Made by a program: the position numbers and the translations under genes. The notes beneath the pieces are model-generated. The model was not told the origin of the DNA, did not search any database, and saw nothing but the letters and a program-made list of their open reading frames with translations. From a virus, in the IMG/VR virus record IMGVR_UViG_3300042924_005659: a stretch of DNA of 64,000 nt; one strand, written 5' to 3'. This document shows positions 51,879 through 61,937 of this stretch, piece after piece (positions within the stretch are counted from its first letter, which is position 1; the number at the start of each line of letters is the position of its first letter).

Positions 51879-52986
51879 TGTCGGGCGATCCGAAGAACAT
51901 TCCTGCTGAGGTTATAGAACGAGTAGGCAACATGGAGGTGAGGCCAGCATCTGTACCTACGCCCTCTTCACAGTCTCCGTCAAAAGCCACCTGTTCGCTA
52001 AAGAACCAAACCATAGGACACTGACATGCGTCGTAGTTGGGAACAGGTCCGCTTTCTCCCTCAAGTACTCCCCAGGGAATCCAGCCGTACATAAGCACCT
52101 GAGTTCCGTTCATAACAGGTACAGGCTTATACCCCTTTTTAACCTGCGCCTCAAGACTTATTCCAGGCGTTAGATACTTGTCGTACACCATCTCTTTGTT
52201 GTTCCAAGCCGCGGTATAAGGCAGCGATGTATTGTAGTTTGCCCAAGAGGCTGGAAAGCAGGCAGGCAAACACATATTTGCAGCCGTTACGCAGAAGGAC
52301 GGAGTCCAGGCATACGACCACCCAGTTGCAATAGATCTGCCGGCTATATTGTGGTACGTTTGGGGAACTGAGCCGGTTATCTCTGCTAACAGAGGCCCTA
52401 TCAAGTTAAACTTCGCTACCTGCGCCCCATATCTAGATCTAGCGTCACACAGAGGTTCGCAGGCATTGTTTCCCATCTCTCCTAATGTTTTAGGTACAAA
52501 TGCGGCAGCTCCCGTTGCCTTCGCAAAGAACTCCTGAGGAGTTTTGTAGCGATCATTTTGTGTGGGGCCTACTCGTGCACAATCTGCATAAGTGGTATAT
52601 CCAAAGCCGCTTATGTTTGGAGAGCCTCCGCCAGAAGCAATGTTGGGCGGCACTACCAAGTTTAAATTCACCTGCGGCAAACAGGCGTCGCCTGAAATGT
52701 AGGATACTCCGCCCTCCAGTCGAATAGTCTGATCTGGATCGTCTTCTGCTGCAGGAGTGTTGGTGACTTGTAAGCTTACTGGGTTACAGCCTATCTCTGC
52801 AGGGGGTGGAGTCGGCCAAGGACGTCTGGCGTTATCGTTAACGCATTTTGGCCCATCGGGATCTCTTGGATCCGGTATGCATATCTCAACAGGGATTTGA
52901 CCTGAGTCACAATCTACAGAGACAGGTAGCGATACGCAGCCCGGTCCAGTAATTGGTGGAATAGGAATGCATTTATCTAGGCTCAT
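51862..52986 (-). CDS. putative tail protein, Pro/Cys-rich N-terminus
   Basis: Position in tail cluster; composition. Confidence 0.55.
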   Translation of the reverse strand: MSLDKCIPIPPITGPGCVSLPVSVDCDSGQIPVEICIPDPRDPDGPKCVNDNARRPWPTPPPAEIGCNPVSLQVTNTPAAEDDPDQTIRLEGGVSYISGDACLPQVNLNLVVPPNIASGGGSPNISGFGYTTYADCARVGPTQNDRYKTPQEFFAKATGAAAFVPKTLGEMGNNACEPLCDARSRYGAQVAKFNLIGPLLAEITGSVPQTYHNIAGRSIATGWSYAWTPSFCVTAANMCLPACFPASWANYNTSLPYTAAWNNKEMVYDKYLTPGISLEAQVKKGYKPVPVMNGTQVLMYGWIPWGVLEGESGPVPNYDACQCPMVWFFSEQVAFDGDCEEGVGTDAGLTSMLPTRSITSAGMFFGSPDNANRV

Positions 52987-52994
52987 ATAGATCC

Positions 52995-53912
52995 TTACTG
53001 GCAGTTAAATACGTTTGGATTATCTGAACTTTGAGGCAGCCCTACGTATATAAAGCGTATTATATGCGGAAAGCCAGACAAAACCGAACTGTTAAGGAAG
53101 TCAGCATTTACAGCGTTCAGCTCTGCTCTTGTAAACGCACTGACTGCCAATGGACTTTGTGCGACAATCTTTACATCGCCATTTGCGTCAGGCTCCACTC
53201 CAGAAATGCTGTAAATTCCCTCGTTGCACAGTATGTCCTTGGAGTTAATTTTTTCTACCCACGGTCCACACTGCTCAGCCTGAGAGTCGTTTGCACCCTG
53301 CTGAGCGCCTATTATCACAGTGCGAGTATTAGTGAGAACCGAGATAGTGCAATTGTCCCCGGCGACCAACTTCACGTCGCCTACAACCGGCTGGGATTCG
53401 TCGGTATATCTAAGAGTGTCGGTTTGCTGCAGTAAAGGCAAAGCGCTTCTACAAGTTATCTCATTAACTCGTTGCTTGCACAAAGCTACTGCCGTGCTTG
53501 GCTCAAATGCAGCGTAGACAAATATAGGCTCAGCCGCAGCAAAGGGAGTAAACAGGTTTTGAAGATTGCTAAAGCAGATATAACCCTCAACGGAGTATGC
53601 AGCTAAAGTAGGAAAGTCCTGCGAATCAAAATGGTATCGCACATATTCCTGCGTAGCATAAGCATCGTCTGCAAATTCCAGTACTGGATTACCTATCACA
53701 GTAGGCCCAACCAATAAGTTTATTCTTACCCTCAGCGGCTGACCTGGAGCTTTGTGCAGTGATGCCAGCTCTACAAATGGCGCCTCTACAAAAGAATCGC
53801 CGGTTACATATATTTTAAAGTCAACTAAAGTCTTGCGCAAAGCATCTATTTGACTACTGTTGCCTGCAATGGACGCTAAGGGATAGGATATGCTACTAAA
53901 GGCGTCGTACAC
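52995..53912 (-). CDS. putative tail/baseplate protein (paralogue family)
   Basis: SYPL N-motif; IYSISGVEPDANGDVKI. Confidence 0.6.
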   Translation of the reverse strand: MYDAFSSISYPLASIAGNSSQIDALRKTLVDFKIYVTGDSFVEAPFVELASLHKAPGQPLRVRINLLVGPTVIGNPVLEFADDAYATQEYVRYHFDSQDFPTLAAYSVEGYICFSNLQNLFTPFAAAEPIFVYAAFEPSTAVALCKQRVNEITCRSALPLLQQTDTLRYTDESQPVVGDVKLVAGDNCTISVLTNTRTVIIGAQQGANDSQAEQCGPWVEKINSKDILCNEGIYSISGVEPDANGDVKIVAQSPLAVSAFTRAELNAVNADFLNSSVLSGFPHIIRFIYVGLPQSSDNPNVFNCQ

Positions 53913-53913
53913 T

Positions 53914-54747
53914 TTAACCTCCCGCCATGCTAAAGATAATCGAATTGCCCTCGGTAGTTATACGGAAAGCAGGTCTAAGTTCCCTAGTATCTTGTATCGG
54001 GTTGAAGGCGGCTGTCTTCAACGAAAGCACCACTGAACCATCCGCTTTTTGTTTTAACTTAGTTGCAAACGGTCCAACCAAGGAACCCTCGAGAGTTTTT
54101 ACATAGTGCACTAAAGTTATGTTCTTTAGGAATATTCCGTTAAGGTTCAAGACTTCAGACTGAGGGTAGTTGGGATCTACGCACTCGTATCTAGTGAAGT
54201 GAGGATCACCTAGAACGCTAATTTTAATAGTGTTGGAGTCCAGTCGATCTACTCTAATGCCCTCGTTACCCGTCAGAGTGATATCGCCGGACTTTTCATT
54301 CAAAGACTGAACTTGGTTTTTGGGCAGGTACTCGCAAACAGCTGGCAAAAAGGTGGCAGCCTCAGGAGTAAGTTCGTATTGTCCTTCGTCCACGGATTGC
54401 AGCAAGAAGCTTTTACTTGGATCGATTACCAAGCATCCTCCAAGTACGCCTTCGGAGTCAAATATCGATATTTGTTCTTTGGTAGAGCCAAATTCTATCT
54501 TGGCCTCTCCCAGTACGTCTCCAGCTGCTGAGCTTAATTGTAATGCAACCATAGCATCAGTCCTGGTTACTCTGCTGACATAGCAGGGCTGCTCAGACGC
54601 ATAGTTACCTCTTGCATATATTCTTGCGTCTACAATCCAGCTCTGAGGCAAAAAGCCGGAGCTAAAAGAAAGAGTGCTGCTATCCAAAAAGGGATAGTTT
54701 CTACTTGCGTTTAAATTACGCCATTCTAAATGCGGAATTGTATTCAC
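53914..54747 (-). CDS. putative tail/baseplate protein (paralogue family)
   Basis: GTG start with GTGA overlap; EWRNLNASRNYPF; VQSLNEKSGDITL. Confidence 0.6.
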   Translation of the reverse strand: MNTIPHLEWRNLNASRNYPFLDSSTLSFSSGFLPQSWIVDARIYARGNYASEQPCYVSRVTRTDAMVALQLSSAAGDVLGEAKIEFGSTKEQISIFDSEGVLGGCLVIDPSKSFLLQSVDEGQYELTPEAATFLPAVCEYLPKNQVQSLNEKSGDITLTGNEGIRVDRLDSNTIKISVLGDPHFTRYECVDPNYPQSEVLNLNGIFLKNITLVHYVKTLEGSLVGPFATKLKQKADGSVVLSLKTAAFNPIQDTRELRPAFRITTEGNSIIFSMAGG

Positions 54748-56297
54748 GACGCTGCTCCTGCTACGCCTATCGTTCTTATTCCAGGTAGGCCATTGCTTCT
54801 GGTGTAGTTTTGTACCAGGGTGCCTATTCCTTGGGCTGACAGCACACCTGCCGCCAATACAGAGCCGTTGGACACTATTGCCCAAGCGTCGTTTGGAGCT
54901 CCACGAATTTCCAACATGCAGGCCGGATTCGAACTGTGCTGATACAGGCCGTAACCTACTCTCATGTAAATTCCGGATTCTGGGAATGTATCTAGAGCAC
55001 TAATACCAACAGATATCTCAGTAACGCCGATAGTGTCGTAGATCGTCGTTGGTCCAAGAGTAAGTGCGTAGCTGTCGTTTCCGTATACCACCTCACGATT
55101 GGATCTGAGGTTGGTATTCAATCCGCCAAACGCAACCAGACTTACTCCGTCATTTCCATAAAGCTGCCACTCTCCTAGAGCAGCATCGACGTGAAGAGCG
55201 TTTAAAGTCTCTCCAAAAAAGAATATAGGAGAAGTAGTACCAAATATAGCTACCGAGGGTCGAGTTGGATGCTGCTGCAAATAACTGAACGAGTAGGAAT
55301 AGCTGGATACGCCATCAAATATCTCAAATGTAAGCTTGGTATTTGTATTTAACGACACTCTGTCTTGAGCAGGTGGCTGAGAATAAGTGCTGGTGAATTG
55401 AGCCAAGCCTTGGACAGTACCGCAGGTCTCCGGTATTTCCAATCTTCCCTTGCAAAATGCCTCTAATGGCAAATCTGAGGATATGACTACAGTCTCTTTG
55501 TCTCCGGCACCTTCGTATCTGGCGTACATAGGCTTATCTAGGACTATTACAAGCTCTCGGTCTTCGCCCTGGGGGACTAAGCCGTTGAGGCTTCTTATGG
55601 CATTAAACGCACAAGTGTTAGATTCCGGGCGTCCTCCGCACTGGCCTATAAATGCCTGCAGGCTCTGCCTCACCTCAGACTTAGTGCCGCTGAATTGAAT
55701 AGCCAGGCCTTTGGAATCGGACACCACTTCCAATCCGTTCTGGCCCACCAGCTGCACCTTGCCGTCTACTGTGGTGTCGAATCCCTGCTTTCCTATAGTC
55801 GTAACTCCGCCATATTCGTATCTACTTATGCAAGAGTCCGATATCATCGAAGCCTGAGGTCCAGAGAAAGACCAGGAGCCCTCTGTAAGAACTCCGGAAC
55901 CGAAAACCACCCATCCGCCAACTCCAGGAACCTCGGGCTGTAAATGCACTATAGAGCCCGGAAGACTGTTAGTTCTCCGCACCTGAACAGTGGCAAGTAC
56001 AAAAGCCCCAAGTACTGAATATTGCTCATTTGAAATAGTGGCAGCAGGAGTATCTGGAGAAAAGGGATGCGTCTGAGATCCCATTATTGTGAGAGTTACC
56101 AAAGACCGGGTTGTCTTTATGCTGGCTACAAATGCGCATGCAGCCACTGCCCCAGGCACCACGAGCTTCATATCTACCAATAAAGAGTTTACTGCAGAGA
56201 CGTCCGTAGAGGCGTAGGGCTCCAGAGTAGCCCTTTCAGCCACGGGATATCGTCGATATTCATTGTCGTTGAGGAAGTCTCTACTTACTACTTTCAT
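54744..56297 (-). CDS. putative tail/baseplate protein (paralogue family)
   Basis: DFLNDNEYRRYPV; IRSLNGLVP. Confidence 0.6.
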   Translation of the reverse strand: MKVVSRDFLNDNEYRRYPVAERATLEPYASTDVSAVNSLLVDMKLVVPGAVAACAFVASIKTTRSLVTLTIMGSQTHPFSPDTPAATISNEQYSVLGAFVLATVQVRRTNSLPGSIVHLQPEVPGVGGWVVFGSGVLTEGSWSFSGPQASMISDSCISRYEYGGVTTIGKQGFDTTVDGKVQLVGQNGLEVVSDSKGLAIQFSGTKSEVRQSLQAFIGQCGGRPESNTCAFNAIRSLNGLVPQGEDRELVIVLDKPMYARYEGAGDKETVVISSDLPLEAFCKGRLEIPETCGTVQGLAQFTSTYSQPPAQDRVSLNTNTKLTFEIFDGVSSYSYSFSYLQQHPTRPSVAIFGTTSPIFFFGETLNALHVDAALGEWQLYGNDGVSLVAFGGLNTNLRSNREVVYGNDSYALTLGPTTIYDTIGVTEISVGISALDTFPESGIYMRVGYGLYQHSSNPACMLEIRGAPNDAWAIVSNGSVLAAGVLSAQGIGTLVQNYTRSNGLPGIRTIGVAGAAS

Positions 56298-56305
56298 AGT
56301 TGGCC

Positions 56306-58201
56306 TCAGATAATTATGGTTGCTGCCGTCTCGAACTCTCCCGCAGGAATATCTACTTCGTCATCTGAGGCATCGACAGCCTTGCACTTAGTGACAAATC
56401 CGGCAGGTTGTCCTGTCGGAGGAGGAGTATACTTAGCTACCACTTGAATGGCGCCAGTGTACTCACTAGGTATGCTGCCTAGCAAGGCATCGTACTGCCC
56501 TGTCAGATTTAGCGGAATAGACACACTTCCGGCGTCTGTCCAGGCGTTATCAGCAAACGTACGGTATAGCAGAGACACGGAGGACTGGCCGTGTACGGCG
56601 TCGGAGAACTTCACTCTAACGCTTCTATCAGTTCCGATAAGCAAGTAAGAAGCAGTCGCAGACGGACACGGATTGACGGACTTCTTGTTAGGCGCCATGG
56701 CGGCAGTCTTCTTTATGTTTTCCGCAATCACTCTATTGCTGGCCTGTCCGCAAGGAGATCCCTGAGGAGTCGGAGAGCTGCCAAAATACGTAAATGTCAG
56801 GTTTATGTCTACATAGCCAGGGCTGGCGTTTAGATTGACTATTTTTCTGAATATAGGATCTACAATGACCAGACCCGAGGTGATCATTAGATACCCTGTG
56901 CATGAAGGAATATCGTTAGGCTGTTCTTGCTGGCAAGACGTAATTGGAAGCGACGACAAGTCCACGCTGGTCTCTATTACGCCCTGCGACTCTATATTGA
57001 ATAGAAGCCCCTTGTTAGTAGGATTTAGATTCTTATAGTAAAGATATGATGCGTCAGATATTGGAATACAGGCAATAGGCTGACCTTGAGCTATGGAATA
57101 AGACACACCATTCTCGTCAGTAGCCTCCATATTGTATTTAGCAGTCACTGCATGCTTCAGCTTCATCGACAGTGCGCGGATCGTATGGCCGGTGTTGTTC
57201 TCGGCCATGGCCTGAATCTGCAGCTTAAAGTTTTGTTGTGGCCAAAGTCTAAATCTTGGAGTAAACGAGCCGGCAGTCTGACAGCATGCAATTCTGCTGT
57301 TGAACCGCTGCGTAATCACGTTGTATTCGGTGACCAGCTCGCCTAATCGCTTTACCGCTTTATGGTACAGAACGGCCACACCCTTAGTGTAATCCGATAC
57401 GTCTTTATAATCTTGGCATCTGCAGCAGGGAGCACAGTGTGAGTTCAGGGCCACTTGAGGATTAGAGCCATTTATGTACCTGCTGTCTACGCTGATGCAG
57501 TCTGCTGTTTGCGCCTGTATCGAAAATTCGCCTTTATCGTTGGCCTCTTGGCCGTTGATTCTGCGCAGCACCTGCTCGATAGCAGGAACAGTGTCGCAAG
57601 GCTCTACTCCTAGCCCGGCCCCAGGAGATACGCTGAAAGTTACAGCTACAGGATCTTCTGCAGAGTAGTCCAGGGCATAGTTATACCCTTCCAATACGTG
57701 TACTGGTCTTGCTGGCAGGATAGCATTATCGACATCCAGAGCTACAGTTCCAACCTCCGGCTCCAAGCAAAACGGAGCCAGCGGATATTGATTGATTGGA
57801 TACGAGCTGAACTCTACCCCATCAATAATTACGTAGGTTATATAGTAGCCTTTTTGAACATTAGCCAGCGTACCGTATACGTATCCGCCTAGCGACTCCT
57901 CCGTCCTGTACAGAGTCTGAGATGTGTCATATGGGCCGTTCGTAGTACTTATTGCGTTTTCAAAATCTTGCCGGCTGAACAGCTGGCCTGCAGAAGTAAT
58001 TACGTTACATTTTAGTTTGGGTCCGAGGCCAGGATTCAAGGCTATGCTTACATACTCCAGCATTGCGCTGCTTAAAGCACCGGCTGCGAATACCTTAAAT
58101 GCCACTATTGGCGGATTTCCGGTCGGAGCAGTGGACAGGAAGGGCAGTCCGTTGGCCTCGCACTCCTCTAGAAAGCCCGCTGCATACTTCGTAGGGCTCA
58201 T
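56306..58201 (-). CDS. putative tail/baseplate protein (paralogue family)
   Basis: Start re-called to MSPTK; LRRINGQEANDKGEF; CAPCCRC then coiled coil. Confidence 0.6.
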   Translation of the reverse strand: MSPTKYAAGFLEECEANGLPFLSTAPTGNPPIVAFKVFAAGALSSAMLEYVSIALNPGLGPKLKCNVITSAGQLFSRQDFENAISTTNGPYDTSQTLYRTEESLGGYVYGTLANVQKGYYITYVIIDGVEFSSYPINQYPLAPFCLEPEVGTVALDVDNAILPARPVHVLEGYNYALDYSAEDPVAVTFSVSPGAGLGVEPCDTVPAIEQVLRRINGQEANDKGEFSIQAQTADCISVDSRYINGSNPQVALNSHCAPCCRCQDYKDVSDYTKGVAVLYHKAVKRLGELVTEYNVITQRFNSRIACCQTAGSFTPRFRLWPQQNFKLQIQAMAENNTGHTIRALSMKLKHAVTAKYNMEATDENGVSYSIAQGQPIACIPISDASYLYYKNLNPTNKGLLFNIESQGVIETSVDLSSLPITSCQQEQPNDIPSCTGYLMITSGLVIVDPIFRKIVNLNASPGYVDINLTFTYFGSSPTPQGSPCGQASNRVIAENIKKTAAMAPNKKSVNPCPSATASYLLIGTDRSVRVKFSDAVHGQSSVSLLYRTFADNAWTDAGSVSIPLNLTGQYDALLGSIPSEYTGAIQVVAKYTPPPTGQPAGFVTKCKAVDASDDEVDIPAGEFETAATIII

Positions 58202-58202
58202 A

Positions 58203-59165
58203 TCAACCTCCGTCCTGCGCGCAGCTCGTAGAGTCAACCGAAGACGTCAAGCATATGTTCTGCAGCTGTGCCACAGAGCTGGCAAGAATGGTTATTTCAT
58301 TGGCCAAGGTGCTTAGCTTGTTGTTCAGGTTATCTACGTCTCCAACGACCACGTTAAGTTCGTTGCATCCGCAGCAAGGCTTGGCGCAGGTATCTGAGAT
58401 CGAGATTCCGTCGCTGCTGGTATTAACAAATACGCAGTCGCCACCCACTATGGAAACGTTGCCTTGTGGGTCTCCGGTAAGGCCGTTTATTGTTCTGATG
58501 CACGGACTTAGCTCTATATCGTTGCAGTCGCATGTTTCTGTAAGTCCACCTCCATCAACAGCATTGAATCTAAGCGAGCTGTATCCTGAGGAAGAAGTTA
58601 CGGATATGCTGTGATTAGATCCGCTGGTTAGAGATATCTGTCCAGACAGCACTGGAGTAGTAAACCCAGAGTTTACGACTCTAATTCCGCTGATTCTCTT
58701 AATCCCAAAGGATACTACCGTAGCCTCTACTCTAGTCGCAGCAAGGTTAAAGGTCAGAGTGCCTATAGCGTTTTGAAGTCCGGAGATATCTCCTAAAATT
58801 GCTACTCCAGATATCTGTGAGAAGTCGTAATCAGAAGACGACGTAACTCCCTTTATGGCTACGGAAGAGTATTGCGAAAATCCTGTAAAAGCTACAGGCG
58901 AGGATACGGCAACACTGGGAGCTTGGAACTCTCCGTCGTATCCGAGCTCAAATACGAATCCTTGCGGATATACGGTAATCGAGCTGATGTAAAAGCCGGA
59001 TGGCTTCAGGCCCGGCATATAAGGCACCGCCAGCTTCATGTCCACAAACACTTCGTTTGGCAGCTCAAACGATGAGTTATTAGCCTTCTGAGTAGCGAGC
59101 TGGCTAAGAGGGTAGTTTCTCAGAGAGTTAGAGTTAAGCCATTCAGTTCCAATAATTGCTGACAT
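58203..59165 (-). CDS. putative tail/baseplate protein (paralogue family)
   Basis: EWLNSNSLRNYPL; IRTINGLTGDPQGNV; CAKPCCGC then coiled coil. Confidence 0.6.
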   Translation of the reverse strand: MSAIIGTEWLNSNSLRNYPLSQLATQKANNSSFELPNEVFVDMKLAVPYMPGLKPSGFYISSITVYPQGFVFELGYDGEFQAPSVAVSSPVAFTGFSQYSSVAIKGVTSSSDYDFSQISGVAILGDISGLQNAIGTLTFNLAATRVEATVVSFGIKRISGIRVVNSGFTTPVLSGQISLTSGSNHSISVTSSSGYSSLRFNAVDGGGLTETCDCNDIELSPCIRTINGLTGDPQGNVSIVGGDCVFVNTSSDGISISDTCAKPCCGCNELNVVVGDVDNLNNKLSTLANEITILASSVAQLQNICLTSSVDSTSCAQDGG

Positions 59166-59174
59166 AAAGCCTCC

Positions 59175-59209
59175 AAGCCAGGAAGCCTAGTTTACTGAAT
59201 GCCTGGCTT
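59175..59209 (-). other. intergenic hairpin
   Basis: aagccagg/cctggctt 8-bp stem with a long loop; no clear U-tract. Confidence 0.35.
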
Positions 59210-59218
59210 ATCTAAATT

Positions 59219-61426
59219 TTAAGTTGATTTAACGAACTTGTACCTTAAAGACACTATTCCGAGTTTTCCAGAGTATCCATCAGTAGAGGAGCGAGCCAGC
59301 TTAAAGAAAGTCTCTCCGCCTGCATAGGCGGTGTCTAGCTCCACCTGTGTGATAAAGTAGTCTTTAGGGGTGGCTGTACCTGTAAGTATAGATAGGCCGC
59401 CCGATACAGCCCCATTTACGATATTAGCAGCATTCGTAAGGTTGTATTTCGTAGCAGGCGTTGTGGTAGGAGGAGGTTTCATGGTAACCCAGCTCAAATC
59501 CAATGCCGGCATCTGTACCGCTCCCGACGTATGCAGCGCCAAGAAGGTAATAACTAGATTGAGCTTATAGCTGCCTTCCAAATAGCCTGGAATATCTACC
59601 TTCCCGAGAATGGAGGAGTTCTTGCCCGGAGGCATTGCCGAATAGAATATGCTTGTAACGGCATCCTTCTCTATAAGGATATCGTCGATTGTCAGAATGT
59701 CCGGCTGCCCTTCCAGCTTTCCATCCAGTCCAGCAACTCCTACTGTGACCTCTCCCTGGCCGTTTGCAAAGGTGGAGTTAAGGCTGATGTTAGTGCCTGC
59801 GATGATGCGTTCTACCACCCGGCCACGCTTCATTGCAAAGTTAGATATATCCTTAACTACTAGGGATCCCGCCTCGGTCGTGGAGGCATCCGTTACCGTG
59901 AACCCAGCCTTTATGATAAGCGGTCCAGTAGTCGCAGGTCTGCCGTCAGGATCTGATATCGTAATAGGAGAGTCTGCAGGAGTCTCAAGACTAGTTACTA
60001 CCTTGATACCTCCACTAATTAGCTTGGTGTAAACCAGCGTAAGATCCGTAGGAGCCACTATCTGAGCAGCATCTGCTAAGCTCCAGTCTGTGAACTTTAC
60101 GTTGGTATCTGGTAGTACGTGCTTGCCGTTGATCTTGTGCCAAGGCAAGGAGTTAAACGCGTCTTTCCACCATATGCCATTGCTGTTTACGACAACGCTG
60201 ATGTCGGTTTGCGCTACACCGTCCTTGAATACCACGTAAGTGCCGACTACCGTCTCCGGAAAGAGTTGATGAAGTCTGGGATCTGCATCAAAGTTATATC
60301 CGTACTTAGCACCATTTGGAATTGGAACATTTGGAAAGTACTGTCCTGTTGCCGGCAGCCAACCAGGCAAAGTAGGATCTACGTACTGCCCCTTTATTAA
60401 ATATCCTACGGTAGGAGAGGTGGAGTCAATCAAGGATACGTAGGATGTTGCCTGAGCGGCAGTGCTAGAGTTTGCCCCATAGCTAACTCTATAGCCTGTA
60501 ACGGTGCCAGTAACCTTAACAGCAATTCCCAACGAAGCAGCAGCCTTAAACACTAAAGAATAATCAGCGTTATTTAAATTGAGCTGCTCAATGCCGTACT
60601 TGGTAAGAACTACATCCTTGAGCCTAAGCTCTCCTGACGTAATGGAATGCACTACGCCGGTAAGATAGATATTACCTATAGTGTCAGGCGTAGCGTAGTT
60701 GTGACTGTATAGTTGAACCGCCGTGCCTGCAAGTAGAGCAGTTGCTGCCCCTGCTGGAAAAGCCTCGGGGTTAGATCCAAATATACGAGTAAGTACCAGC
60801 TCGGGAGTTGCCGGACGAGCGGTCAAAGGGAATCTCAAAGCCTGCGTATCTAGGGCAGTGGTCAGCGGAGGACGAACCAGCAAGTGCGTATCGTCCAGCA
60901 AAGTGCATACTGGAACGCTGACTAGTCCTGGCTTAGGAGTGATTGTGCCTGCGTTTAGCGCACCTGAGCTTAGATACAGCACTCCACGATCCTGCGGATT
61001 CAGCAGCAGATTGCTAACAATTGATTCGCCAGTGCAGTCAATGGCCACGTAGAGAGACGGGTCTACTAAGCCCTCAACTACAATGACTCCGGAGTTGGCA
61101 GTATCCTTGTATACGACTATACCCGCAACCGTCGAGGACTCGGTAGCTTGCAGGTATCCGTCCTTGTACTCCATGTCTGCATAGGCGGGAGCAAACTTTG
61201 ACGCAGTCGAATTAAAGTAAACTACATGGCCTGTTTTTACATCGTCTGTAAAAGGAGCACCAGTAATGAATATAGCGGCGGCAAGACTCTGCGCATCCTG
61301 GCGATCCTTGAGGTGCTGCGTGCGATAAGCCAGTTGTGCAATGGCGCGATTTGCGACCTCAGCGGTGATTGGCTCACCGTTTTTGATAGTCTCGATTACG
61401 CTCTGCCAGGGTTGAATTGAGCTCAT
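59219..61426 (-). CDS. tail fibre / baseplate-anchored protein (735 aa)
   Basis: N-terminal VANRAIAQLAYRTQHLKD anchor-type motif. Confidence 0.65.
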   Translation of the reverse strand: MSSIQPWQSVIETIKNGEPITAEVANRAIAQLAYRTQHLKDRQDAQSLAAAIFITGAPFTDDVKTGHVVYFNSTASKFAPAYADMEYKDGYLQATESSTVAGIVVYKDTANSGVIVVEGLVDPSLYVAIDCTGESIVSNLLLNPQDRGVLYLSSGALNAGTITPKPGLVSVPVCTLLDDTHLLVRPPLTTALDTQALRFPLTARPATPELVLTRIFGSNPEAFPAGAATALLAGTAVQLYSHNYATPDTIGNIYLTGVVHSITSGELRLKDVVLTKYGIEQLNLNNADYSLVFKAAASLGIAVKVTGTVTGYRVSYGANSSTAAQATSYVSLIDSTSPTVGYLIKGQYVDPTLPGWLPATGQYFPNVPIPNGAKYGYNFDADPRLHQLFPETVVGTYVVFKDGVAQTDISVVVNSNGIWWKDAFNSLPWHKINGKHVLPDTNVKFTDWSLADAAQIVAPTDLTLVYTKLISGGIKVVTSLETPADSPITISDPDGRPATTGPLIIKAGFTVTDASTTEAGSLVVKDISNFAMKRGRVVERIIAGTNISLNSTFANGQGEVTVGVAGLDGKLEGQPDILTIDDILIEKDAVTSIFYSAMPPGKNSSILGKVDIPGYLEGSYKLNLVITFLALHTSGAVQMPALDLSWVTMKPPPTTTPATKYNLTNAANIVNGAVSGGLSILTGTATPKDYFITQVELDTAYAGGETFFKLARSSTDGYSGKLGIVSLRYKFVKST

Positions 61427-61430
61427 AGGA

Positions 61431-61934
61431 TTATGGCGCCGTTACGCTAACAGTAAGAGGGAAAGTTACAAAAAGCTCAGAGCTAGCCGTCTTGGTTAGG
61501 TACTCAGCTCCGCCGGTGAAGTAAGCACGAGCTAGGATAATATCTGAAGTACGCTCATTTTCCACCTCGGCTAATACCAGGGCTGCCCCATAGCATATGG
61601 AGCCTGTGCCGAAGGCGGTTCCACCTAACTCTCCAGCGGAGGTGGCGCTAGACTGCCCAAAGAAATTAGTGGTGGTTGAGTAGGTACTTCCAACTACAGT
61701 AGAGATGAGATTTGGATCTCTGATTGCTGGTACTCTCAAATAGTTCTTATTTGAAAGTTCGCTGTAGTATGTTTTTGGATTTGAAAAATTAGATATAGCT
61801 GCAGCACTTGTAAAGCCGACAGGAATATTACCGGCATTATTGGTGTACTCTAAGTACAGGTAGATCTTATGCGGCTGCTCAGCTACAGCTCGGGCAATAC
61901 CTAATGGAAGTTCTGCAGTAAATGTGGTGATCAT
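61431..61934 (-). CDS. putative baseplate protein (167 aa)
   Basis: Position in baseplate cluster. Confidence 0.5.
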   Translation of the reverse strand: MITTFTAELPLGIARAVAEQPHKIYLYLEYTNNAGNIPVGFTSAAAISNFSNPKTYYSELSNKNYLRVPAIRDPNLISTVVGSTYSTTTNFFGQSSATSAGELGGTAFGTGSICYGAALVLAEVENERTSDIILARAYFTGGAEYLTKTASSELFVTFPLTVSVTAP

Positions 61935-61937
61935 AGA

